This document shows, piece by piece, positions 10,466 to 19,516 of a stretch of 64,000 nucleotides of DNA; the stretch's first letter is position 1, and each line of letters opens with the position of its first letter. The stretch is taken from positions 1-64,000 of the IMG/VR virus record IMGVR_UViG_3300042940_001453; one strand, written 5' to 3'. Origin of the DNA: an uncultured virus (IMG/VR IMGVR_UViG_3300042940_001453). Taxonomy: Duplodnaviria > Heunggongvirae > Uroviricota > Caudoviricetes. A program made the translations under genes and the position numbers. The notes below the pieces were generated by a model. It saw only the letters and a list, made by a program, of their open reading frames with translations, searched no databases and was not told where the DNA came from.

Positions 10466-10669
10466 TTAAGCCTTATAAGCAGTGCTCAATACTTCACGTA
10501 GAGCATTGATCTGACGACCGGTTAGGTCAACTCGGCTATTACCAGCACGTAGAGTCAAGCGTGAGGCCTTCTTAGCCTTAGCGACTGGAGTGGAGAGATA
10601 AATCTCAACACCAGTGGTGTTATGGCCTACGAAGTTAGTCTTGTTACGAGCATTTGTACGAGTATACAT
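10466..10669 (-). CDS. Small basic hypothetical protein
   Basis: 67-aa ORF with its own sigma70-type promoter. Confidence 0.7.
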   Translation of the reverse strand: MYTRTNARNKTNFVGHNTTGVEIYLSTPVAKAKKASRLTLRAGNSRVDLTGRQINALREVLSTAYKA

Positions 10670-10735
10670 ATTATTTCTTTACTTTCTTTTTTTGTTTGTT
10701 TTTTGTTTCGTTAGTTTCATCACTAACTTAAATTT

Positions 10736-10764
10736 ATCTTACCACCCAACCGTCAAACTGTCAA
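10736..10764 (-). promoter_or_regulatory. Sigma70-type promoter
   Basis: TTGACA-17-TAAGAT with extended TG. Confidence 0.75.
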
Positions 10765-10775
10765 CAACTTTTCAA

Positions 10776-11687
10776 TCAAATTTTGAATTCTTTTTCAAAC
10801 CGTTCAATAGCATAATCCTTAGCTTTGAACTCAAACTCTACATCAACGTCATTTTCAAATAGTTCTTTATGTAAAATATATACATAATCTGAATGTGCTC
10901 GATCTGTTGGATCAGATCTGCCATTACTGTAATGAAATAATGGTTTATATTTACCCCAAGTTTCCATACACATTAAGATGGCTTTTTCAGGAGAAATATT
11001 TTCTGGATTATTCAATCTAAAATGATGTGAGTCATAAGTAATAGGGATTCCTGTTTTTTGATAGATCAGATCATAAAGCTTAATCAATCCCCAACTATTG
11101 GGTTTATCTTCTAATTCAAGAACGAGACGAGACTTAACATTTGCAGGAAAATCATTGTATACATCAATAAATCGTTTAGCAATATCCTTGGTATTGCCTT
11201 TGTAACAATTCATATGAATATTGATTGGAGATTGGTATGACTGTGGCAAACCAAACAAATCCATAATTGAAGCGTGGTTTTTTAATTCCACAATAGATTT
11301 TTCTACCACAGACTTGGTAGCACTCGCTGGTACAACAAACTGATCTGGATGTGTACTGCACCGAACATTGTATTTTTTAATTATATCAGCAGCAATTTTA
11401 AATTCTTGCACAATTAGATTGTAATCTGGCAGAATATCAAATGACAAATTTGCTTCGGGTAAAGTCGCTAAAGGAAACAAGTCACTACTAATTCGATAGT
11501 TCCAATTTCTAATACCGCAAAATTCAATAGTTTTGCGTGTAACAACCACATTGTTAAGTGTACGTTTTGAAACGGTAGATAAAGCTTCTTTTCGTTCCAA
11601 AGCAAGAAATTTAGTTTTGGTCATCGTGTTAGCTCTAACACTTTGTTCTTGCAGTTTGAGAGAAATACAACATAGAGATTTTTTCAT
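10776..11687 (-). CDS. uvsE: UV damage endonuclease
   Basis: YRISSDLFP, HPDQF, INIH, RLVLELED, YDSHH, PLFHYS, AHSD, EFKAKD. Confidence 0.92.
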   Translation of the reverse strand: MKKSLCCISLKLQEQSVRANTMTKTKFLALERKEALSTVSKRTLNNVVVTRKTIEFCGIRNWNYRISSDLFPLATLPEANLSFDILPDYNLIVQEFKIAADIIKKYNVRCSTHPDQFVVPASATKSVVEKSIVELKNHASIMDLFGLPQSYQSPINIHMNCYKGNTKDIAKRFIDVYNDFPANVKSRLVLELEDKPNSWGLIKLYDLIYQKTGIPITYDSHHFRLNNPENISPEKAILMCMETWGKYKPLFHYSNGRSDPTDRAHSDYVYILHKELFENDVDVEFEFKAKDYAIERFEKEFKI

Positions 11688-11695
11688 TCTATGTT

Positions 11696-11724
11696 ATCTT
11701 ACCATCACATTTATAATAAGTCAA
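11696..11724 (-). promoter_or_regulatory. Sigma70-type promoter of uvsE (near-leaderless)
   Basis: TTGACT-17-TAAGAT, 8 nt before the ATG. Confidence 0.75.
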
Positions 11725-11727
11725 GTC

Positions 11728-12675
11728 TTAAGTCCACGGATACAAAGGCAACTTATACTTGGTACCGCCTATCATTATTCCCACATATCCAGCAATTGGA
11801 CTTCCAGCACCACTAATAAACATAGAATTTGAACCAGTAATAGCATTAAACAATTGTAATGTGCCATTTACCAATAATTTATCATCGATTCGCCCACTAC
11901 TTCCTGTTATTTGATCAAAACCAGCATAACCACCTGTTACTTGAGTAAAACCAGCATAACCACCACTAATACTACCAGTAAATTGGTTGGCCGTAAATTT
12001 GCCTGTTATTTTGCCATTGCTACCACTTAATTTATTAAAATTAGCTCTACTGCCACTAATACTAGATGTTATTGAAGTTGCAATAACTCTACCAGAAATT
12101 CTAGCAGAAGAACCGCTTAATTTGTTAAAGTTAGCTCTGCTGCCACTAAAACTGCCTGTGAAAGATCCTGTGAAATTACCTCTTACTTGTTTGGAATAAA
12201 AATGTGTATAACTTCCAGGTGCGCCGGTACCAATTTTTATTGTAGTAGCAGCACTAGCAAAATCTATTGTTGTAGGTGTACCCAACAACAAAGGCGAAAC
12301 ATTGGTACTATCAATATCGCCACCTGCGTTTATACTGCCGTTAGTAGATAATGTATTTGAAGAAGCATCATATGACAACGATGTATCTAATCCAAGAATT
12401 TTCTGACCACTGCCATTTGAAAAAACCAGATATTTAGTACCACTTGCAGCAGACTGATCTTTAATAAAATTGCTACCACTGAAACTACCTGTGAAATTCG
12501 TAGCAATTACTTGTCCCAATTTGGTTACTTTGAATTTTGTAACACTCCCAAGTTGCAAATCTATTAGTTTACTTGTACTATCTGATGGTCCAGCGTCCGC
12601 TACATTCATCTTTATCGCAGTCTGATCTCCAGACCCGAATGTAGCGGTCATTGCATTGATTGGGGTATTCGCCAT
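11728..12675 (-). CDS. Gly/Ser-rich fibre-like structural protein
   Basis: Repeats FTGSFSGS, SGSRANFNKLSGS x2, GGYAGF x2; TATTTAT motif upstream. Confidence 0.55.
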   Translation of the reverse strand: MANTPINAMTATFGSGDQTAIKMNVADAGPSDSTSKLIDLQLGSVTKFKVTKLGQVIATNFTGSFSGSNFIKDQSAASGTKYLVFSNGSGQKILGLDTSLSYDASSNTLSTNGSINAGGDIDSTNVSPLLLGTPTTIDFASAATTIKIGTGAPGSYTHFYSKQVRGNFTGSFTGSFSGSRANFNKLSGSSARISGRVIATSITSSISGSRANFNKLSGSNGKITGKFTANQFTGSISGGYAGFTQVTGGYAGFDQITGSSGRIDDKLLVNGTLQLFNAITGSNSMFISGAGSPIAGYVGIMIGGTKYKLPLYPWT

Positions 12676-12733
12676 AAATTACTTTTATAAATATAAATAG
12701 TATATGTATAAAGTAATTTATAATATAATAATT

Positions 12734-13918
12734 CTATCTACCAACTTCTTTGAAATAGGTATCTTTAGCCTCTTGATAAGACATTCCCAACATTTGGTTA
12801 TAAAAATGTATCGTACTCTTTAAATTTGATTCACTATTTAGCTTTTTATATCGTTCTATAGCCTTGGGTCTCCACCAATCAATTACCCCTTGCATATCAC
12901 GTTTAAACAGATCTTTCATCACCAATTGATCGTCGTTGATCTTGTTTTGTAGAAAGTCCTTGGTATTTTCATAAAAACAACTATAGTATACCCCACGTTC
13001 ATATCCGTGTTGATAATTGCTTTGTTTGATACAGCATTTGCTAAATATCATGCTCAAAATACGAGACTTAGCACCAGTAACAGGTCCACTTACTCCTTCT
13101 TTCTGAGTAAGTGCCTTGTCATAAGCCGTAACATCAATGTCTTTTAACCAATCGTGCCAAATTTCATAAATATTATCATCTGGTTTAATTGAAATTTTCC
13201 CAGCACTACTACCACATTTATGCCACCATTTTAAACTGTTATACATACTGTAACTACCATATAAACTGGTAGTTGTCATACCCACTAGTGTTTGATTATA
13301 TAACTTTTGCCAAATATTTCTAACAGTACTAGTAGTAATCATAGCAGCTACTAATTTACCCCCTAGAAAATTATAACCAATTGGTTGGGTACTCATAATA
13401 CAACTACCAATAGCACTATGAGCTAATCTTTTATCTTTGATCTTATTATCAGATGTCCACCCCAAATAATTGTCACGATCAGTAATAGCAATTACATCAC
13501 TAGAAACACTAATACATCCAATATATTTTGGATTGTCAACATTTCCATCGGTTACAAGAAATTTTATAAATCTACCTGGAGTTTGATCAAATGTCATAGT
13601 ATGACCAAAAATACGAAGAATAGTCCAATCTTCATTTTGTTGATCTGTTTCAACATAAACTAAGGTGGGATTGATATTTTCTATATCTTTAATAGTCAAA
13701 GACACATCGTTAATATCAGTTGGAGTCCAAATCTTAGCTTTAATAATATTAGCCTTATTCGCCAAGTTTTCGCATGTTTGTATCTCTAACCATTTTTTGT
13801 AAAAGGTCTGTTCTTCCACAGACATAGATTTTAAGAAATTAAGATTGTCTATGAGTTTCTTTTTATTTCCCTCAAAGTCAAAAGCTTCTATTCCAAAAAA
13901 TTCTTGTAATGCATCCAT
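12734..13918 (-). CDS. DUF4338 (Druantia DruA-like) domain protein
   Basis: PGRFIKFLV, RDNYLGW, QPIGYNFLGGKLVA, TTTSLYG. Confidence 0.7.
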   Translation of the reverse strand: MDALQEFFGIEAFDFEGNKKKLIDNLNFLKSMSVEEQTFYKKWLEIQTCENLANKANIIKAKIWTPTDINDVSLTIKDIENINPTLVYVETDQQNEDWTILRIFGHTMTFDQTPGRFIKFLVTDGNVDNPKYIGCISVSSDVIAITDRDNYLGWTSDNKIKDKRLAHSAIGSCIMSTQPIGYNFLGGKLVAAMITTSTVRNIWQKLYNQTLVGMTTTSLYGSYSMYNSLKWWHKCGSSAGKISIKPDDNIYEIWHDWLKDIDVTAYDKALTQKEGVSGPVTGAKSRILSMIFSKCCIKQSNYQHGYERGVYYSCFYENTKDFLQNKINDDQLVMKDLFKRDMQGVIDWWRPKAIERYKKLNSESNLKSTIHFYNQMLGMSYQEAKDTYFKEVGR

Positions 13919-13919
13919 A

Positions 13920-14144
13920 TTATTCGGTTTTCCGTACAATCAATTTAAATTTCAAAGTCAATTCGTTTTTAGATGAATTAACCTCTTTTATTTCCCACTT
14001 TTCTTTTAACGTATCCAAATACAAATTGGTGCCGTTATCAACATATTCTACAGGCTTTTTATTATCTAGTAAATCTTTTTCTTCGTATACCAAAAAGTTT
14101 TTTCCTTTTTTATCTAAATAAATTAGTATTTTATCTCGTTTCAT
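13920..14144 (-). CDS. Hypothetical protein
   Basis: 74-aa ORF directly after a TATTTAT motif. Confidence 0.65.
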   Translation of the reverse strand: MKRDKILIYLDKKGKNFLVYEEKDLLDNKKPVEYVDNGTNLYLDTLKEKWEIKEVNSSKNELTLKFKLIVRKTE

Positions 14145-14162
14145 ATCAACCTATAAATAGAA

Positions 14163-14194
14163 ATGCCGTATATCTAATCACTGATATACGGCAT
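14163..14194 (-). terminator. Intrinsic terminator hairpin
   Basis: Perfect 12-bp stem ATGCCGTATATC/GATATACGGCAT followed by TTCTATTT on the - strand. Confidence 0.75.
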
Positions 14195-14218
14195 ATTATC
14201 ACTAATTATATAGTTTTA

Positions 14219-14584
14219 TTATACGTTTACTGAATTTGTCTTTGTTGTATCAACTTCAACTACAACAACTGATTCCTTGGTAGAATTAATATTCACCATC
14301 TCTACAAGCAGTTCACGATTCAAATGTACACCCTTAGATTTAGCATCTTCAATAATAGATGGGGTAATAGATCCAAATACGTGAACCAACGTTGGACGAC
14401 CCTTTCCGTTTGGTAATACACCAATTACACTTACTTCACCTCTCTTAATCGCCTTCTTTACCTTATCACGCAAACTAATTGCGACGATATCTGCATTCAT
14501 TGCGTTTAATTCCTTGATTGTAAAAATACAACTTGGATAGGTTACCGATTGGTTTGTCTTATTCTTTCGATCTGTCTTTTTCAT
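14219..14584 (-). CDS. Hypothetical, possible winged-helix DNA-binding protein
   Basis: FTIKEL...SLRDKVKKAIKRGEV...GKGRPTLV. Confidence 0.55.
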   Translation of the reverse strand: MKKTDRKNKTNQSVTYPSCIFTIKELNAMNADIVAISLRDKVKKAIKRGEVSVIGVLPNGKGRPTLVHVFGSITPSIIEDAKSKGVHLNRELLVEMVNINSTKESVVVVEVDTTKTNSVNV

Positions 14585-14631
14585 ATTTTATCCTTTCTTG
14601 TTTGTTATGTGATAAATTCCTACGTTCTTAT

Positions 14632-14659
14632 ATTATAACACGTTTATATTATATGTCAA
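14632..14659 (-). promoter_or_regulatory. Consensus sigma70 promoter
   Basis: TTGACA-16-TATAAT with extended TG. Confidence 0.8.
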
Positions 14660-16721
14660 TAGCATCCATCATCTTTGAATTAATGGTATTAACAATCTGA
14701 TTTAGATTTTCTACATTAATGAAATTAGCGTCTTTGCCATACATAATTTTAAAATTATTACGATACGTATCACAATCATATTCAGATACGAAGTATGAAA
14801 TAACATTATAACCACTTTCACGAATTTTATTTACTTGTTTACGTGTATGATTACAACCTTCCGCACCGGAATAATGAAAATAAAAACCTCCTGGAGCACT
14901 ATAAATAAACGCTGGTTCACCGTCACTAATATTAACAAAATAACTATTTGTGTTGGTACTAGCTTTAGGCAAATAACGCATTAGTGCCTCAAAACACAAT
15001 CCTTCAGGAGTTGTATGTACTGGTGCTAGATAAGCAAATAGATTCTTAATCTTAGAGAACTTATCCACACGTGAGTCATAAGCAATTGCAATATATGGAT
15101 TGTGACCACTTGATGTTCTAAAACTAATGGTAAGTTCAACGTTATCAATCATAGATGTAGCTTTTGCTAGAGCAACACACAATTTAATTGTACGATTCCA
15201 CTTTTTACCCCGCATACTTGCGCTAGCATCCACACTAATATGGAAGTTAACCTTCTTATACTTCGTAGTAAAAGTATTATAAAAGATATTGGTATCAGTA
15301 TCAAATCCAAGTTCGTGCATCAAACGTTTATCAATCTTACCCAAATTACGACGGGTAAACTTATCAACATTAATTTCATTACGAATTTGTAGACGGCGAC
15401 CTAGTTTAGTACCCAATACAATTCCAGCATCAACATTCTTCTGATAATCAGAATAAGCAACCTGATTGTTTTTACCAATTGTCATTGGAAATTCCTCAGA
15501 CAAAAGCAACTCTTTGGTCATATTCTTAACAAAGATACACTCAACATTTCCAATAATACCTTTTGACTTAAGCTCTTCTTGAGCTACAGGCACAAGATCA
15601 ATCTGACTCTTTTCAAGAATATCAAGCAAATCTTTTTCACGCTTGGTCACTTTCTTCTTCTTAAGTTTACCGGCAAGAAAATCCTTCTGCTTTTCAAAAG
15701 ACTTAGCAATCTTTGTCTTCTTAGACTTGCTGAGATTGTCATCTTTACCAATATCAGCAGTAACATCTTTATTATCAGGTGTTACAGTTGATTCGGTGCC
15801 TCCAAGAATATCTGCAACATCAACGTTTGATTTAGATGAATCTGAACTGTTCGATGGCGCACCGCTATCAGAATCAGCTGACAATCCCTCACCTTTTTCA
15901 GACGATTTATCTTCATTTTTATGTTCATTGATATTCTTGAACACAATTTCAGCAATATTATAAGCAACAGTCAACCGATCTTTTGGAGTGGTCAAACGCT
16001 TGATATTTGATAGATCAAGTTCCCTAGCAATATCGTACAATCCAGGCAATGCCTTCAAAGAAGTATTTGGATTTGTAAGATTGATAATACGAAATATATA
16101 TGACTCAATGCTTAGTGTACGATATAAATCGCTGGTCAAAGCATCTGAAATTACTTTGTTATTAAAGTACTCATCGTACAAAGCATCGTAATATCCACGA
16201 TAGCCAGGAGCATTAGAATGTACCGTATAATCAATATAACGATCTTCTACATAATTTAGAATGGTCTGACAAATCTTACCCACTTCATCTTTTGAAATGT
16301 TTAACTTTTCACTGTAGCCATAGATCTCCCGTGGCACATTCATCCATACAGTCTTAAACAATTCAAAATCAGAATATTTGATGTGGCTGCCTTCGTGTAA
16401 GGCTAGTCCGACAGCCACATCAAAATTATCTTTCTTAGTAATATCGCTACTGATATAAACAACCTTACCATCAGTGCAATTTACCGAATTATCATTAAAC
16501 AATACAGGTACATTCTGATTGGTCAGAATACTAACATAGTTAGCGACAGCACGACGAGCTGATGACAAACGAATCAGTCGGGCCGTATTCTCAGAAAGAC
16601 GGTCTTCAGCAGCAATATCTGCATCCAAACCATTTTCTTCTTCAATAGCCGCATCAAGTTCATCTTCCCAATCCCACTCGTAATTGTTATCCTTCAACCA
16701 GAAGTCACTGTAGTTACTCAT
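14649..16721 (-). CDS. vWA-domain protein with N-terminal HExxH metallopeptidase-like domain (CobT-like)
   Basis: LALHEGSH, NYVEDRYI; MIDAS DASAS, TPEG, ISDG. Confidence 0.8.
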   Translation of the reverse strand: MSNYSDFWLKDNNYEWDWEDELDAAIEEENGLDADIAAEDRLSENTARLIRLSSARRAVANYVSILTNQNVPVLFNDNSVNCTDGKVVYISSDITKKDNFDVAVGLALHEGSHIKYSDFELFKTVWMNVPREIYGYSEKLNISKDEVGKICQTILNYVEDRYIDYTVHSNAPGYRGYYDALYDEYFNNKVISDALTSDLYRTLSIESYIFRIINLTNPNTSLKALPGLYDIARELDLSNIKRLTTPKDRLTVAYNIAEIVFKNINEHKNEDKSSEKGEGLSADSDSGAPSNSSDSSKSNVDVADILGGTESTVTPDNKDVTADIGKDDNLSKSKKTKIAKSFEKQKDFLAGKLKKKKVTKREKDLLDILEKSQIDLVPVAQEELKSKGIIGNVECIFVKNMTKELLLSEEFPMTIGKNNQVAYSDYQKNVDAGIVLGTKLGRRLQIRNEINVDKFTRRNLGKIDKRLMHELGFDTDTNIFYNTFTTKYKKVNFHISVDASASMRGKKWNRTIKLCVALAKATSMIDNVELTISFRTSSGHNPYIAIAYDSRVDKFSKIKNLFAYLAPVHTTPEGLCFEALMRYLPKASTNTNSYFVNISDGEPAFIYSAPGGFYFHYSGAEGCNHTRKQVNKIRESGYNVISYFVSEYDCDTYRNNFKIMYGKDANFINVENLNQIVNTINSKMMDAIDI

Positions 16722-16746
16722 AATAATTTGTTTTTAATAATTTAAC

Positions 16747-17718
16747 TTAGAAAGGAGGCTGATCACTCTTTAGAGGATCATTAAATAGCTTATCCTTTGA
16801 TTCAACCTTTACATACTTTTGTACCAACTGACGAATGTAGGTACGTTCACTGTCAACACCGCCATCGTCACTGAAGTTAGGATAGATGGTAGTTTCTGCG
16901 ATTTCAAGTAAATTAAATCCGTCAACAATTAGTTCAGCAATTTCAACTGTACTACGTGTTGGAATAAAATTAGTTAGCTTGCTGTCGTCCTGCTTTACTT
17001 GCTTACGAGTATGTTCAGCAATTTCACAAACAGCCTTCAAGATACCAAGATGATCTTCGGTATTCAAATTGAACCGATTCTTAAGAAGATTATACTCACT
17101 GTCCTTATCAAGTGGAGTAACCTCAATCTTAACTGGAAAACGTGACAATAGAGCACGATCCATTACACGGGTAGCGGTGTACTCGTTACCAACGTTGGCG
17201 GTAGCAATAAATGTAACACCATCAGCTACCTTTACAACTTCACTGTCTTCCTTTTCATCCAAACGAAGATAACGCTGTAGATCATCTAGAACAGTCATTA
17301 GAATATTAACACCATCGTGATGACTACGACTAATTTCGTCAAGAAGAATGATGGCATTAGGAGTACGAATAGCTTTAATAAAAGATGACTCCTTGAATAG
17401 AGTACCCGTCTTTTTGTCAAAATGAGTATTACCAATCAAAGCACTACGAGCATCTTGAGTAGCACCCAGATTAAAATAGAAGAAGTTATCTTCACGACCA
17501 ATTGCCTTAGCTACAGTCTGAGCAGCTAGAGTCTTACCACAACCAGTTGGACCAAGAAGCAGAATGTTCTTGCCACGAATAGCACTACGTACCATATACT
17601 TCCACTTCAGATCATCCATAATCAATGAACTGGGACGTAGATTAACGCAAGTATCTAAATATGTCTTGATATTGAAGTCCTTGCCAGTAACCAGATTTAG
17701 TGAATTTTTATTTTTCAT
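16747..17718 (-). CDS. MoxR/CbbQ/CobS-like AAA+ ATPase
   Basis: GPTGCGKT, LLDEISR, ATAN, MDRALLSRF; adjacent vWA partner. Confidence 0.88.
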   Translation of the reverse strand: MKNKNSLNLVTGKDFNIKTYLDTCVNLRPSSLIMDDLKWKYMVRSAIRGKNILLLGPTGCGKTLAAQTVAKAIGREDNFFYFNLGATQDARSALIGNTHFDKKTGTLFKESSFIKAIRTPNAIILLDEISRSHHDGVNILMTVLDDLQRYLRLDEKEDSEVVKVADGVTFIATANVGNEYTATRVMDRALLSRFPVKIEVTPLDKDSEYNLLKNRFNLNTEDHLGILKAVCEIAEHTRKQVKQDDSKLTNFIPTRSTVEIAELIVDGFNLLEIAETTIYPNFSDDGGVDSERTYIRQLVQKYVKVESKDKLFNDPLKSDQPPF

Positions 17719-17740
17719 ATGTGTTTCTTACCGTAAAATC

Positions 17741-17768
17741 ATCTTACCACGGATTTATAAGAAGTCAA
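17741..17768 (-). promoter_or_regulatory. Sigma70-type promoter
   Basis: TTGACT-16-TAAGAT with extended TG. Confidence 0.7.
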
Positions 17769-17782
17769 CACCAAAAATAAAA

Positions 17783-17804
17783 AAACCACCTGTTACGGTG
17801 GTTT
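17783..17804 (-). terminator. Intrinsic terminator
   Basis: AAACCACC/GGTGGTTT stem followed by a T-run on the - strand. Confidence 0.75.
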
Positions 17805-17829
17805 CTAGAGTTTTATCAAAATAATATTA

Positions 17830-18150
17830 TCAATGATGGTGATGATGATAATGATATACTGGACGACCCCATCCACCATATACTACCACAGGTTGTGGTT
17901 GATAATATACAACAGGAGCAGGTTGATAATAAACAACTGGTTGAGGATGTACTACTACTGGTTGCGCATAAACCACTGGTTGTGGTTGAACATATACAAC
18001 TTGTGTTGGGGGATTAACAATTCTACCAATAGCTTCAATCGCAACTACACCTGTCAATACTTTACCAACTGTTGCCCATTCTCTATCACCAGCAAATGTT
18101 TGAGAGGCTAAAGTTGCACTCAATACTGTGATAGTAATTAATTTCTTCAT
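17830..18150 (-). CDS. Secreted Pro/Val/Gln/Tyr-repeat protein with His tail
   Basis: Signal peptide ending TFA, GDREWATVGKVLTGV, PVVY repeats, HHYHHHHH. Confidence 0.75.
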   Translation of the reverse strand: MKKLITITVLSATLASQTFAGDREWATVGKVLTGVVAIEAIGRIVNPPTQVVYVQPQPVVYAQPVVVHPQPVVYYQPAPVVYYQPQPVVVYGGWGRPVYHYHHHHH

Positions 18151-18178
18151 ATGTATCCTTTTTTTTAGATATACTTTT

Positions 18179-18207
18179 ATAGTACATCAAAAATCAAAAA
18201 GTGTCAA
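18179..18207 (-). promoter_or_regulatory. Sigma70-type promoter
   Basis: TTGACA-17-TACTAT. Confidence 0.7.
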
Positions 18208-18843
18208 TTATTTCTTCTTAGCTTTACCAGCCTTAGTATACTTTACAACCAACTTTTGAAGATTTTTTGGCAATGTGGGTGGTACATATTCTGCTTTCTT
18301 TGGTTTATGATCACCTTGTTTAGCAAATTTACCAACAGCTTGCATTGGTTGAGTAGGATCGTCTTTTGGATCGTTCATCTTTTCAACCTTGATATCTTTG
18401 ACAATTTTAAATCCTTTTATAGGATCTACTACATTTTCTTCTTTTTCAGATTGTGCATCAGCCTTTTTGCCACCTTGTTTATCTTTGCTATTTTCTACAC
18501 CCTTTGCCAATGCGCTATCAACGTAGTTTTTGGTATCTGATTTTAGATATTCTTTAACGAATTTCTTCACATCTTCGTACTTCATAAATAGCTTTTTAGT
18601 ACGATCACTAGTATCTCTGTATGCTAATACATCAAATATATCGTGTACAATTGGTCTCAAGCTAATATGATATGGTTCACATTCACATACATTGTAATTT
18701 CCCGCGTCATCCAATGTAATAGGTTTCTTGATATCCTTGGATAAATCTTCAATCATTGACTCCCACGATTCTTTTGCGCAAGTATACTTTTGTTCCAAGG
18801 TTTCTTTTACAAGTCTGTTTACTAGTTGTTTAGAAGGCTTCAT
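18208..18843 (-). CDS. Hypothetical Lys-rich protein
   Basis: Long ORF; TATTTAT motif upstream favours the ATG at 18843. Confidence 0.7.
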   Translation of the reverse strand: MKPSKQLVNRLVKETLEQKYTCAKESWESMIEDLSKDIKKPITLDDAGNYNVCECEPYHISLRPIVHDIFDVLAYRDTSDRTKKLFMKYEDVKKFVKEYLKSDTKNYVDSALAKGVENSKDKQGGKKADAQSEKEENVVDPIKGFKIVKDIKVEKMNDPKDDPTQPMQAVGKFAKQGDHKPKKAEYVPPTLPKNLQKLVVKYTKAGKAKKK

Positions 18844-18880
18844 ATTAATATACATATAAATAGTAGTAGGTAGCGGATTA

Positions 18881-19435
18881 TTAATCTTTTTTATTGTCCA
18901 ATACTTCTATATGTCCTATATACCCATAATTATCATTTCTAGTAGCTATTACTTTAACTTCATATATTGTACCCTCTCTATCAACCACTCTGTGCGTACT
19001 AACACTGCTTCTTTTATCTTTAATAGTTCTTTCCCACTCTTTTTCTACCATTTCCAAATCTTCACTATGTACACCATTTTTCCATCCATTGCCCAAGAAA
19101 TATTCCACATCGTGTTTCAATAACTGACAATACTTTTCATTTACCCACGTACAGTTGCCGTTTGTATCACATTCAAATATGGGTTCAGGTCTGGTATCAA
19201 GTATCCACTTTTGACGGGTACATATAGTATTAATTAAATTACTATCGTGACATACTTGTTTTTCTATCTTAGCAACTTGATCTTTTAAAGAAGTACCAGA
19301 GTTAGGCTTTACTTCTTTTAATATTTCTTTTACGTTCCGATTTAAGGTAAATACCCACTTGAATGCTCCAAAAAGCACCCCACCAGCTGCACTAATTACC
19401 AATATTTTTTCAAGATATGCGAAAATGATTTCCAT
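18881..19435 (-). CDS. Single-TM protein with C-terminal PAS domain
   Basis: TM at aa ~9-30; PIFECDTNGNCTWVNEKYCQLL...FLGNGWKNGVHSEDL PAS signature. Confidence 0.82.
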   Translation of the reverse strand: MEIIFAYLEKILVISAAGGVLFGAFKWVFTLNRNVKEILKEVKPNSGTSLKDQVAKIEKQVCHDSNLINTICTRQKWILDTRPEPIFECDTNGNCTWVNEKYCQLLKHDVEYFLGNGWKNGVHSEDLEMVEKEWERTIKDKRSSVSTHRVVDREGTIYEVKVIATRNDNYGYIGHIEVLDNKKD

Positions 19436-19463
19436 AATAAAGATGAATATAAATATAATAAAA

Positions 19464-19489
19464 AACGGATACTATTTAAAGTACCCGTT
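19464..19489 (-). terminator. Intrinsic terminator after nrdB
   Basis: AACGGGTACT/AGTATCCGTT stem plus T-run on the - strand. Confidence 0.7.
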
Positions 19490-19516
19490 ACATTTTTTAA
19501 TTATTTACAATTGTAA

